The position numbers and the translations under genes are program-made. DNA of 64,000 nucleotides, from positions 137,206,001 to 137,270,000 of the forward strand of contig OX597818.1 in the NCBI GenBank assembly GCA_951406725.2, given 5' to 3'. This document shows positions 43,361 to 58,261 of the stretch, piece by piece; position 1 is the stretch's first letter, and every line of letters begins with the position of its first letter. The notes below the pieces were generated by a model that saw nothing but the letters and a program-made list of their open reading frames with translations, had not been told where the DNA came from and ran no database searches. Source of the stretch: Octopus vulgaris. Taxonomy: Eukaryota.

Positions 43361-43844
43361 GAAATACGATTAATGTAAAAAATAAAATAAAGCTGAAGCA
43401 AATTAACACCAAATATATAGTGCGTTTGTTTTTATTGGCTAAACTGCCAACATGACCATCCCCAAATACAACAATATCTGTTTCAACACACGAGGTGTGA
43501 AAACATTCAGTTCCTACAGCGTCGCCCTCTCTCGGAAATCTCAGGCTTTCATGTTTCGAGTTTATTGTCTCTTGTCAATAAGATGTACCTAAGTGAGGCA
43601 AATCTGAACGAACTAAATAAAGCTTATAACTTTATTTATAATTCAGCCCACACATTGACTGATTTGCGCTAGTAGATTGCCCGATCGAGAAGAATATCGG
43701 AGTAATAGCGCAAAGCAGTATTTATGTATAATCACAATTTAGGTTAGCTGAAATACGTTTATCACATATTTCGACTGCTAAAGGCGTTCAGAGTTGCCTC
43801 TCTTAGGTAAATCTCATTGACAAGAGTTAATAAACCGGAAACAT

Positions 43845-44165
43845 GTGCCTTCTAGTATAGCTTTGGGTCGACCAAAGCCTTGTGAGTGGATTTACTAGAC
43901 AGAAGCTGAAAGAAGCCCGTCGTATATATATGTATATATGTATGTGTGTGTGTGTGCGTGTATTTTTGTGTGTCTGTGTTGTCTCCCCAAGATCGCTTGA
44001 CAACCGATGCTCGTGCGTTTACGTCCCCGTAGTTTAGCGATTCGGCAAAAGAGACCTATAAAATATTACTCGGCTTGCAAAGAATAAGTCCTGGGGTCGA
44101 TTTGCTCGACTAAAGGCGGCGCTCCAGCTTGTCTGCAGTGAAATGACTGAAACAAGTAAAAGAAT
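43845..44165 (+). mobile_element. SINE family B, 5'-truncated
   Basis: Match to body and tail. Confidence 0.85.
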
Positions 44166-44203
44166 AACAGAATAAAAGAATATTTTAAAATAAAATTGAA
44201 AAA

Positions 44204-44561
44204 CAGAATGCCATGAACGTTTTGGGGATAAGTTTTCGCATTGCGTGTATTGTGTGTAAGCGCTTTCGTTATTTCATCTTGTGAACTACAAGACATTTGG
44301 GCAAATGGAAAAACCAAAATATTTCCATATTTTTTTCGCAATAAATTGTTATAAAATATTCTTATTTTACCTTCGAAAGGTAAAATAAGAATATTTTATA
44401 ACAATTCTAAATCCGAGGCTAAACCGAAAATATTCGATACCATTACTAAAAACAGCTGCCACTATCCGGATTAGCTCAGAAAACTTGTGTTTGAAAAATT
44501 GAACAACGAAAGTTCACAAACACAATACGGAGACTTTTTCCAAAAGATTCGTGGCATTCTG
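44204..44561. mobile_element. Foldback/MITE-like element with long imperfect TIRs and a perfect central palindrome
   Basis: cagaatgcca(t/c)gaa...caag arms at both ends; 30-bp perfect inverted repeat at 44344-44373 and 44377-44406. Confidence 0.7.
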
Positions 44562-44569
44562 GGCAAGTA

Positions 44570-44600
<31 letters not shown>

Positions 44601-45204
44601 TGTATGTATGTATGTATGTATGTATGTATGTATGTATGTATGTATGCATGTATTTATCTATCTATCTATATGTCAGTCTGTCTGTCTGTCTCTCTGTCTA
44701 TTGATGTGTGTGGATGCAGGTGTGTGATTAAAGCGTGAAATGCGAAATATACGAGATTATCGACTAAATAAAAAGATTGCATATGTGAATAAAGAGTATG
44801 AACGGAGCATCTATGTTTTTATTAAACATGAAATATGTGCAATATATGTGTAATAAAACGGTAAACATAAATATACTGGAATTTCCTGAAATAGCAAGAA
44901 AGAATAAAGGTAGGGTGAATATAGATTGTAAATTTGCAGATTGGCAGAGCGGTTAGAGAGTCGCATAGAATTAATGTCTCCAAGAATTTGCTGCAGTCTT
45001 TTAGGTTCCGAATCTCAATCCCACCTAGCTGATCTTTACTTTTCCTCCTTCTGAGTTTGATAAAAGAAAATACCAGCCAATTATTGGAAGTTGATATAAT
45101 CAACTTCTACAGGTGTCTGTCGAGTTTCTTCCAATAAGAGACAGCAAGAGAGAAATCCAAATAATTCTTCTTAGTGCTGTTTATGCTTTAAAGACGGAAG
45201 ACTG

Positions 45205-45522
45205 GCATCCCGTCGGTTACGACGACTAGGGTTCCACTTGATCCAATCAACGGAACAGCCATCTCGTGAAATTAACGTGCAAGTGGATGAACACTTCACA
45301 GACACAGTTACCCTTAACGTGGTTCCCAGGAAGTATGAGCTTCATACAGAATGTGAGAAGGCTGGCCTTTTGAAATACATGCAGTACTCATTTTTGCCAG
45401 CTGAGTGGACTGGGGCAACGTGAAATAAGGTGTCTTGCTGAAGAACACAACGCGCCGCCGTGCATCGAACTCGCGAACCTAACGACCATGCATCGAATAC
45501 CCCAACCACTAAACCACGTTCC
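45205..45522 (-). mobile_element. Old SINE related to family A
   Basis: cgtcggttacgacgac...caacggaacagcc..ctcgtgaaattaacgtg, with a tRNA-like head at the right. Confidence 0.8.
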
Positions 45523-45912
45523 CTCAAAAAGAGCGAATGTGGGTGAAGAAGAAAAGAGAAAAAACAGTTTATAAAGGGGAACAAATGAAGGTCATCCTCT
45601 TAGAGAAGTCTGAGACACACTTTCTATAATGGTCACGTTTTAGAATACCTTTTATCAAGCTGGATCAGTATAGGTCAGGGGACACACAAGAACTTCTACT
45701 AGCACGACAGCTTTATGACAAATTTCTGCTGGTGTGTATCGAGCATACTGTTGTTGTTATATGAAACCAAGGCAGCAACTAAACCACACACAGGCACCTA
45801 TGTACATACACACACATGCACGCACGGGATCAGGCCCCCCCCCACGCGCAGAGTAGCATACAAAAACAGATACACAGCACACGTACGTATGCCAGTAAAT
45901 ACATTAACAAAC

Positions 45913-45997
<85 letters not shown>

Positions 45998-46859
45998 CAT
46001 ACATATATATATACATATATATATATACACATATATATATATATATATATACATATACATATGTATACAGAAATATATGCATAAATATATATATAGATAT
46101 ATAAACACATTTACATATACATATATATATACAGAAATATATGCATATATATATATATATACATATATATAATTATGTATATATATAACTTTAGATTCAC
46201 ACATATTCCTTATATTTTTCACTGTCACACATTGACACACATTTAGACGCACACACACCACACACGCACACGCACATACACACATGCACATACACACACA
46301 CCCACACACGCGTACACACATGCATATATAATGCATGGACAGCTTATATACACTTTTACTGACATGTGATTCGTTGTAGAACAGGCAGAGAGGTGTAAAA
46401 GGAAATTCCATCAATTTGGAATATTGCTTTCTACAGTTTTAACTACATTAACAAAAGTCTATTTATGTCTGACATAAATCATTTAGAGTCCATAAATTGG
46501 CAATCAATTATATCATATCAATCATCATTATCATCTTCATCATCATCATCATCATTTTCATCATCGTCATTAGCAGCAGCAGCAGCAGCAGCAGCGGTGC
46601 GGTGGTAGCGTCAGTTCTACGTTTTAGATATTATAAAACTATAAATAACACATGGACTTGATTTTTTTTTACGGCTGCCACACGTTTAATGTTTGGAAGA
46701 AATATTTGACCGGTTTCGAAAAGGGAATGGTAAATGGTGTAGAATATACATAGCAATAAATAAATAAATAAATAAATGAGCAATAAATCGGCCCGAGGGG
46801 AACGTAAGTTAAAACTAGGCGCAGTAGAGTTTGAACTGAAAATGCGAAACACATATAAT

Positions 46860-47445
46860 TGGTTTGGCTGCGTGGTAAGAACTTTGCTTCCCAACCACAT
46901 CATTCCGGGTTCAGTCCCACTGCGTGACACCTTCAATAAGTAACTTCTATTATATTGTTTGGGGAGCTTTCCCCGGACGTTATCCTTCAGCAAATTCGGC
47001 GTATAATCCAAATACATCTACTATATATGTGCGATCGATAATGTATGTGTGTATGTGTGTGTGTGTGTGTGTGTATGTGTGGTGATATAGGCGATAGACG
47101 GTTTTGGTTGAGGGAAACTGAAAGAAGCCTGTCGCATATATTATATGTTTATATATATGTGCGTGTGTGTATCTTAGTGTCTGTATTTGTCCCCAACCAA
47201 TGCTTGACAGCCGGTGTTGGTGTATTTTCGTCCCCATAATTAAGCAATCCAACAAAGTGACTGAGAGACATAAGAACCATGTTTGAAAAAGTTAGGCGAG
47301 AAACAGGCTACACAAAATACGTCCTACCGTTGACGAAGTGGCTGAAAATTTCAGAAAGGTATATGTCCCCACATAGAACATTAAACTAAGGCGGTGCCCC
47401 AGCACGGCCGCAGTCTAATGGCTGAAACAAGTAAAAGATAAACGG
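46860..47445 (+). mobile_element. SINE family B, diverged, carrying two foreign inserts
   Basis: Head, body and tail match; inserts at ~46945-47040 and 47294-47382. Confidence 0.8.
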
Positions 47446-47773
47446 TAAACGATATAAGGTATTTCTCAACCGATAAGACGCACATTCTGCTACACAGAAG
47501 CCAGGGCTTCATTCAATTCTTCTCTCTAGAATATATACAAATATATTTATTTTCTTTAACCCTTTTAAAACGTTTAAGATTTGTAGGTACGTGGCACTTT
47601 GTTATTCAAACACAATATACTATGAAGTATACTAAATGTTTTTATAAGTCAGTACCACGTCCCACTGTGTTAGCAGCGCTTGTTATATTATAGAAACTAC
47701 AGCCAGCTCTGATTTTTGTTATAGTTTCTATAGAATGTCTGCAGAAACAACCTTTTAAAATGGTTGACGTAAA

Positions 47774-49789
<2,016 letters not shown>

Positions 49790-49796
49790 CCGTAAA

Positions 49797-50026
49797 GGCG
49801 GCGAGCTGGCAGAAACGTTAGCGCGCCGAGCGAAATGCTTAGCGGTATTTCGTCTGCCGTTACGTTCTGAGTTCAAATTCCGCCGAGGTCGACTTTGCCT
49901 TTCATCCTTTCGGGGTCGATTAAATAAGTACAGTTACGCACTGAGGTCGATATGATCGACTTAATCCGTTTGTCTGTCCTTGTTCGTCCTCTCTGTGTTT
50001 AGCCCCTTGTGGGTAATAAAGAAATA
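49797..50026 (+). mobile_element. SINE family C monomer (reference copy) with a 12-bp TSD
   Basis: tRNA-like head with B box gagttcaaattcc; central gcctttcatcctttcggggtcga resembling a shared SINE central domain; TSD ggttaccgtaaa at 49785-49796 and 50027-50038. Confidence 0.94.
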
Positions 50027-50399
50027 GGTTACCGTAAATATACACCGAACATTATCTCACACTGAGTGCTGACCTCAATCAGCGCGATCACCGTTGCCGC
50101 GCGCAGGCAACCGATTGAATCACCCCCGTATAAACTGGTTAAAGACGTTGATATAAATATTCGTTGAACCATTGTCGGGCGCCAATTGCTGATTTCAACT
50201 GAGATGATTACCGTTAATGCAACCCAGCTGCTTGATACCCCCCCCCCCCCACAAAAAAAAAAAAAAAACCGTTGCCATAGGATTAAACAAGGACACCTTT
50301 TTACTTCTGAAAGAAAATTCGTCCAGCAAGGAGGCACTGAATTTTATGACGAAACTCGGCCATTTCTTCTCATCTTTGAGTTTCCAAATCTCCAACTAG

Positions 50400-50620
50400 G
50401 ACCAATCAAAATCCCCATAGATCCAAGATTAACCTGACCCGCAAAGATACAAGCCTTCCTTCTTGTTCTCCAGTCTACAGGCGCATACTTAGTGATTGGC
50501 CATTCACTCTAACCATTTTTGACACAGTCACCTACCTTTTCAGAAATTTATTGGGAAGAACCGTTTCCCTCTCCACCTTCACTTTCCTTTCCACGTGGAA
50601 CTTAGAAAAAGGAAAGAGGT
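50400..50620 (-). mobile_element. Probable 3' end of a Tx1/L1-like LINE
   Basis: Minus-strand FHVERKVKVERETVLPNKFLKR*VTVSKMVRVNG resembles an ORF2 C-terminus; recognition only. Confidence 0.4.
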
Positions 50621-50652
50621 GGGTCGATCACTCAATAATAGAATTCAATATA

Positions 50653-51081
50653 ATATTGAGATGACAAATATACCTCACATTGTCGTGCAGTTACTGTCTA
50701 TACCTCGTTCAGAGATTTATTATTGCTTGCATACAGTTTTTCGAGATCAGTGACGAAAAGTTACTGGAAAAACGATATAAGTATTTGCATTGGGACTCCT
50801 TTCATCGAAAACCGGTGATTGTCATACGCTGAGGACAGGTCAATACCTAGAAACTGCAGTCCGTGCGTATCACTTAGGTTGACGAGGGAAGGATGACCTC
50901 CCTTTGCAAATACCATAAGGGCACAGAAAGTGTGCCTAAAGCCAGCTGGAGACGATGTACTCCTGGGGCTACAGGCTACTGTAACACCCACCCTTAGTGA
51001 TTAGCCATATTGAGATGGCAAGTATACCTCACATTGTCGTGCAGTTACTGTTTATACCTCGTTCAGAGATATATTATTGCT
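50653..51081 (+). mobile_element. Candidate non-LTR retrozyme: 354-bp unit plus 75-bp terminal direct repeat containing a hammerhead
   Basis: Direct repeat at 50653-50727 and 51007-51081; hammerhead at 50825-50865; many hairpins; no recognisable protein-coding ORF. Confidence 0.65.
50815..50873 (+). ncRNA. Type I hammerhead ribozyme
   Basis: tacg-CTGAGGA-c aggt CAAT acct a-GAAA-C TGCA G-TC^cgtg; palindromic stem III (ACTGCAGT); predicted cleavage after C50861. Confidence 0.75.
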
Positions 51082-51292
51082 CAATATGATAATCTTTTCT
51101 ACAATAGGCACAAGGCCTGAAATTTGTGGGAGGAGACTAGTCGATCACATCGACCCCAGTGTTTCACTGGTACTTATTTCATCGACCCCCGAAAGAATAA
51201 TAATAATAATAGCAACAAGAACAAATAAATGATATTGAGTATTATTATTATGATGATGATGATGATGATGATGGGGATAAATGTGATATTTG

Positions 51293-51448
51293 TGAGTGGC
51301 TGTGTGGTAAGTAGCTTGTTTACCAGCCACATGGTTCCGGGTTCAGTCCCACTGCGTGGCACCTTGGGCAAGTGTCTTCTACTATAGCCTCGGGCCGATC
51401 AATGCCTTGTGAGTGGATTTGGTAGACGGAAACTGAAAGAAGCCCGTC

Positions 51449-51500
<52 letters not shown>

Positions 51501-51720
51501 TTGTGTGTCTGTGTTTGTCCCCCTAGCATTGCTTGACAACCGATGCTGGTGTGTTTGCGTCCCCGTCACTTAGCGGTTCGGCAAAATAGACCGATAGAAT
51601 AAGTACTGGGTTTACAAAAGAATAAGTCCCGGGGTCGAGTTGCTCGATTAAAGGCGGTGCTCCAGCATGGCCGCAGTCAAATGACTGAAACAAGTAAAAG
51701 TGAGTAAAGAGAGAGTAAAT
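51293..51720 (+). mobile_element. SINE family B, young
   Basis: Near-consensus copy. Confidence 0.92.
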
Positions 51721-52439
51721 AGCATAACAACAACAACAACAACAACAACACTAAGCGATGATAAAAGATGATGTTGGTGACAGAATGACTTTGAAAGCTA
51801 TTTAGATATTGAAGAGAAGAATAAAGTGTCCAACCATCATCGCAAAGTTTGAGTTCGAGTAACAGAATCACGAATCACAGCGCGAAGGAATGAGAAGTGG
51901 GAGGAGGATGGAGGGAGCGTAGGAGGCGTAGGAGGGATAAGGGTTGGGTTTGAAGTGTGTGAGTGTAGGAGGAAAAAGGAAGAGGAAGAGGAAGGAGAAG
52001 AAAAGGAGCTAGTAGCAAAAAAGAAAAAGAAAAAGGAGAAACACGACGGAGGAAGGGAAAAGGTCAACGAGAAGTAAGAGAGGGAGTGGGATGGATGGAG
52101 GGTGAAGAAGAGACGAGTAAAGTAAAGAATGTTATAAGGAGGAGTAGTTGGAGGAGGAGTTGGTGGTAGAGGAGGAGGAGGAGGAAGAGGAGGAGGCGGG
52201 GGAGGGGGCGGAAGGGAATGGCTCACCACATATTTTGTCACCATGTTTTGGAGAGTTTCAATTAATTACTTTTTTCTTATTACATTTCCACATTTATGTG
52301 GACGGTGATGACATCGATGGTGTCGGCGGTGGAGGCGGTGGCGGCGGCGGCGGTGATAGTGGCAGTGGTGGTGTTGGTGGTGGTGGTGATGGTGGTGATG
52401 GTGTGTGGTGATCACGATGGACATGATGACGATCGTGAT

Positions 52440-52449
52440 GGGGATGAAG

Positions 52450-52529
<80 letters not shown>

Positions 52530-52566
52530 GGTGGTGTGATGGTGGTATGAATAATGTTAATAATAG

Positions 52567-52661
<95 letters not shown>

Positions 52662-52739
52662 GTGTGGTGGTGGTGTGATGGTGGTAGTGGTGGTGGTGGT
52701 GTTAGTGGTATGAATAATGCTGATAATAGTGATGATGAC

Positions 52740-52772
<33 letters not shown>

Positions 52773-52842
52773 GATGATGATGATGATGGTCGTGGTGGTG
52801 GTGGTGTGGTGGTGGTAGTGGTATGAATAATGCTGATAATAG

Positions 52843-52879
<37 letters not shown>

Positions 52880-52884
52880 GATGA

Positions 52885-52918
<34 letters not shown>

Positions 52919-52958
52919 GGTGGTGTGGTGGTAGTGGTATGAATAATGCTGATAATAG

Positions 52959-53005
<47 letters not shown>

Positions 53006-53087
53006 GTGGTCGTGGTGGTGGTGGTGTGATGGTGGTAGTGGTAGTGGTGGTGGTGGTGTTAGTGGTATGAATAATGCTGATAATAGC

Positions 53088-53120
<33 letters not shown>

Positions 53121-53196
53121 GATGATGATGATGATGATGATGGTCGTGGTGGTGGTGGTGTGATGGTGGTAGTGGTATGAATAATGCTGATAATAG

Positions 53197-53240
<44 letters not shown>

Positions 53241-53347
53241 GTCGTGGTGGTGGTGGTGTGATGGTGGTAGTGGTAGTGGTGGTGGTGGTGTTAGTGGTAT
53301 GAATAATGCTGATAATAGCGATGATGATGATGATGATGATGATGAAG
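52440..53347. repeat. Higher-order minisatellite: (GAT)n-(GGT)n-gtggtatgaataatgctgataatag units
   Basis: Anchor motif tatgaataatg occurs 7 times with variable-length triplet runs between. Confidence 0.92.
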
Positions 53348-54479
53348 ATCACCGTCAAAATCACGATCACTGTCACCACCATCACCGCCACTACCAAGTT
53401 AGACATTCTCCTCAGCCACCAGCATCACCACCATCGCGGAAGCAAACTAACGAAGAAATCGCCTTGAAAATGGACAGTCGCAGAGTATAATGCAGTCTTA
53501 GGTACTCATTATCAAACAAAAAGAAGAGATGGTCATGGTTAGAACCTCTTCAGTAAGCTCTGGCCTAGAGCTAAGCAACAACATTGACAACTAACCATTA
53601 GGAAACAAAAATAAGAAAACACCTTCACCCGCTCTCGTGCCCTAGATATAGCAACCAAACCTCGCTCAATTCGACACTCACTCGTCTAAAAACCCAAAGG
53701 ACGTTGTAGATAATACAGTCGAAGATACCCAATAACAGAATGGTCACTGTTGGAACGTCTTTGGTTATATGCATTCCTAAAGAAGGCTACCCTGAAGCTA
53801 AACAGAAATGACAACCAAAACAATGTTTTATATAGAGTAAATTGTGAGGGTAAAATATGAAAATGTTGGAGTCATATCATATCTCAATTTAAACTCAGCA
53901 ACATTTACAACCAAACCAAATGGGAGGGAGGCTCCTCGCGGTTACTGACCTGCTAGAAATAACTGCCAAATTTTCTCAATATAAACTTAAAAAACCTTAC
54001 GTGAAATTTAGTCCCTGATATACGGAAATACGTGATTGTTGCGGTTGGAGCCATTTCGCCATATCTGTTTTCGGTCCGGCCCGAACTAAGGTTAAACAAC
54101 AAATGTATGTTTGTATAATTGTTGTGAAATACACTGTACTTTACTGGCTCTATTACACTTCTTACCTCCATTCCCATCAGTCTAGCAGTGCTCCATATGC
54201 GGTAGAGGCTACCGAGCACGCATGGGACTGATCGGCTATAGCCGGGCACTCTGTGACCCATCTTCTCCGACGTGATGACCGTGGTCATCGTCGACAATGA
54301 CGGACGAACATTATTATAATACACCTTACTACAATACACAGTATTGCACTGTACTATACTACTGAATACTACGAACATGGTAGTCCTGACGATAACGTTA
54401 TACTGCGTTCACATAAAGACATGTTTGTAGGGAAGGATTGTAGATTATTAGACAAGAATACGGCTGGCACGTGTATTTA

Positions 54480-55204
54480 TTTCTGCTCTAGGCACTGATT
54501 CCGAAAGGTTGGAAGGCAAAGTCAATCTCAGCAGAATTTGAACTTAGAACATAAAGACAGACGAAATACTGTTAAGCATTTCGCCCGGCGTGCTAACGTT
54601 TCTTATTTGTTTATTGCTCACAAGGGGCTAAACATAGAGGGGGCAAACAAGGACAGACAAACGGATTAAGTCGATTACATCGACCCCAGTGCGTAACTGG
54701 TACTTATTTAATCGACCCCGAAAGCATGAAAGGCAAAGTCGACCTCGGTGGAATTTGAACTCAGGACATAACGGCAGACGAAATACCTATTTCTTTACTA
54801 TCCACAAGGGGCTAAACACAGAGAGGACAAACAAGGACAGACAAACGGATTAAGTCGATAATATCGACCCCAGTGTGTAACTGGTACTTAATTAATCGAC
54901 CCCGAAAGGATGAAAAGCAAAGTCGACCTCGACGGAATTTGAACTCAGAACGTAGCAGCAGACGAAATACCTATTTCTTTATTACCCACAAGGGGCTAAA
55001 CACAGAGAGGACAAACAAGGGCAGACAAACGGATTAAGTCGATAATATCGACCCCAGTGTCTTACTGGTACTTAATTTATCGACCCAGAAAGGATGAAAA
55101 GCAAAGTCGACCTCGACGGAATTTGAACTCAGAACGTAGCAGCAGACGAAATACTGCTAAGCATTTCGCCCGGGGTGCTAACGTTTCTGCCAGCTCGCCG
55201 CCTT
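54480..55204 (-). mobile_element. SINE family C array: three young units plus an older target copy
   Basis: Head at ~55203; two aaatag|gtatttcgtc junctions; last tail joined to gaaacgttagcacg of a diverged copy. Confidence 0.9.
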
Positions 55205-56300
55205 TACTGGCAGGTATGTTAAAAAGCGTCTGGAGAGAAGAAAGGGAAAATCGATCGAGGACGTAGAAGATTTGAAATAGGAATATATTGAGAGTGGAGA
55301 AATTACTGTTATGCAGTTTGTCCACCACATGACCATCTGTGTTACTTTCGCTGCTGTTATAGTTATTAAAAAAAAAAAAAGAATGCATCAGTCACCGAAA
55401 TATTTGTGTTTTTATTACTTGCTTGTCTTATTTTATTTATTTATTTTTTCAATTGGCATCCAAAATGTTTCAATCAATCATTTGTTCTTGTAGAGGCCAT
55501 CAAAACAGGATCTTTTGCAAAGGCTAGAAATCTAAAAAAAAAGAAAACAGTTGGCAGTAGGAAGACAAGATGGCGGAAACCAATTGCGATTTAAATGAAG
55601 GGAGTGAGTGGTAGAGAAGAGATGGCTGAATATGGAAAAAATAGAAAAAAAAAAAAAAAAAGCAGGGTGAAAGATGGAGGAGAAAGAAATGTCATTATAC
55701 TCAGGAAATTCATACAGGTTCAGATGAACACAACAGAAAAGTCATGACAAAAATCAGGCAAAATAAATAAATAAAAAAAGTAAAAATAAAAAAATAAAAG
55801 AATGGATACAAATGATAGTGAAATCTTGAATGAAATTTCATTCTAATCATTCATAAATTGAGCAAAGAACGAATGGAAATTAGGCATGTAATTACACCAT
55901 TCCTCTCAAGACAAGATTTGTTTCATATGTCAGAGGTAAAAAGGTTACAACAACATGGCAAACTTTCAAGATTCGTTTCAACACAATTTTTAGACATCCA
56001 ATTGTTTGGTGGTTATAAAAGTCAATTTTCATTTCTCTCGAGTGTCGGTAATTTATGCAGATTTTTGAATGATTTTTTATATTTTGTTTTTAACTTTCAA
56101 TTGCTGTTTTTATCTATTTTTTTCTACAAAAAAGAAAAAAATAGGCTTACAACTTTGTCACAACTTTTTAATGACGGTCTCAAAATTTGGATCTTTTGTC
56201 TTGCAAAATAATTTTTTTTAATGAAACCAAAAGTTGAATATCTGAACTGGAATCAGTAATATATATACATATGTATATACATACATACATACATACATAT

Positions 56301-56403
<103 letters not shown>

Positions 56404-56678
56404 AGTATGTATATATACATGTATGTATATATATATATATATCCTTCGAAACGTTTAGTAGATGAAACCTTAGCGACTGAAGAAGGGGATTTTTCGTTGT
56501 GCTTATTGTCCTGTATCTCTTTTTTTTTGCTTGTCTTGTTCCTTGGTTTGTGTCTATGTTTTTCGTCTCTCTATGTGTTCGACGTCTTTTTGGTGTCCTG
56601 TACACATATATGCGTGTATATGTACATGTAGAGGTAGGTACGTACATATATGTTTATATATATGCATATATTTTATTA

Positions 56679-56733
<55 letters not shown>

Positions 56734-57174
56734 CATGTATATATACATACTTACATACACATATATATATATATATGAGCATGTATATGTATATACAGGT
56801 ATACAAGTTTAGTGTATAAGTGCGAACGTGTGCGTTTGTAAGTATGCGTGCATGTGTGTCTCTAGGCGTGTGTGTGTGTACGTATAGCGTTGTTTAGTGC
56901 TAAACTCTTGGCAAGTCGAGGTCACAGAGGAAGCCTTATTCTCTATTACTTTAATTCACATAGCTGAAACTTCACAGTTGCAATTTTAGGTCATTGGCAA
57001 CTGATTGCAGAATGGCGATAAATCGACATGTCTTCGACAAACAAAGTAACCTGAATCTTTGTGAGATAATTCAACGGCACTTTTAGTGTTGCAAGCTGTA
57101 GGGAATCACAAAACAAATTTTCTAAAGGGCTGAACCGAACAACCAGTCATTTTATTTGATAATCTATGTTTTAG

Positions 57175-57385
57175 GGCGGCGAGTTGGTAGAACCGTTCGC
57201 ACGCCTGGCAAAATCTTTAGCGACATTTCGCCTATTTTTACGTTCTGAGTTCAAATTCCGCCGCAGTTGACTTTGTCTTTCATCCATTTCGGGATCGATA
57301 AAATAAGTATCAGTTGAAGACTGGGGTTCATGTAATCGACTTACCCACCCTCGGAATTATTGGCCTCAAACCAAAATTTGGAATC
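57175..57385 (+). mobile_element. SINE family C, old, alternative tail
   Basis: ggcggcgagttggtagaa...gttctgagttcaaattcc...atcgacttaccc. Confidence 0.82.
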
Positions 57386-57906
57386 GTTATTAATTCATAC
57401 TTTGCGAGTTTTGTTGAAACTTCCATATTCTTACACTTCATTTATTTAAGCGCTTTTTCTCCATGTACTATAGGCCACCACCATATTTTCTCCCATGTTC
57501 TCGACGCTAGGCTGTCTTTTATGCTCCTCTTCATTTGGATCCCTACCTTTTCACGTTTGTCCAAGTAACCTACCTTATATATTTCCCTGAAGGTAGGTCA
57601 CCCTCTCATAAGTTTTGTTGATTTTCAGTTTTTGAGCTGTCATCGATGTTCTGTAACTTTGCTTATTTTTTATATAGGGGTGTTGGCCTTATGCAGACCC
57701 ATTTTTCCTCTTGGAAGAAAAGATAAATATTAGGGAAATCGACGTTGCCATGCACAGGTGCTCGGTGTACGCATACGTTAGATGTCGAAGCGATCGCAAA
57801 GCAACTTGAAATGAACTCTGTTCCTCAAGAACACATCATACCGCTCAGTCCGAGAACTGAAACCACGAGCGCAAGATCATAAGTTCTACACCCTAATCAC
57901 TAATCG

Positions 57907-58180
57907 CGTCGGCTGCGGGGTCATTCCGAAAAGCTCTACCTGCGACGATTTCATCTCAATCGAAGGAGAGGAGCTTTCTCCGTCCGGGTTGCGGATCCGT
58001 GGAACAAGCTGCCAGACGAGATGGTGAAGATGCCGACGACCGCTTTGTTCAAAGCCTCCCTGGACCTCAAGTGGCCTGAACTCTTTACATGAACACCACC
58101 CTGTACTTAACTCCATGTCTCCCTACATGGCCTTGCTATTTGCTTTTGAGCCAAATTAACTAACTAACTAACTACCTAAC
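57907..58180 (+). mobile_element. CR1-clade LINE 3' end with (TAAC)n tail
   Basis: LRGHSEKLYLRRFHLNRRRGAFSVRVADPWNKLP...FKASLD motif; tail taactaactaactaac. Confidence 0.85.
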
Positions 58181-58261
58181 TTGAACACCTAATTTTTAAA
58201 AGAACTTTCATACCCGGAATACTAACGATTCTGCAACTCGCCGCCTGCTCTGTTGCTGAAT

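Noticed and set aside
53925-53950. HDV-like ribozyme loop (ctcctcgcgg)
   Set aside because: Could not build the P1/P2/P4 nested pseudoknot around it
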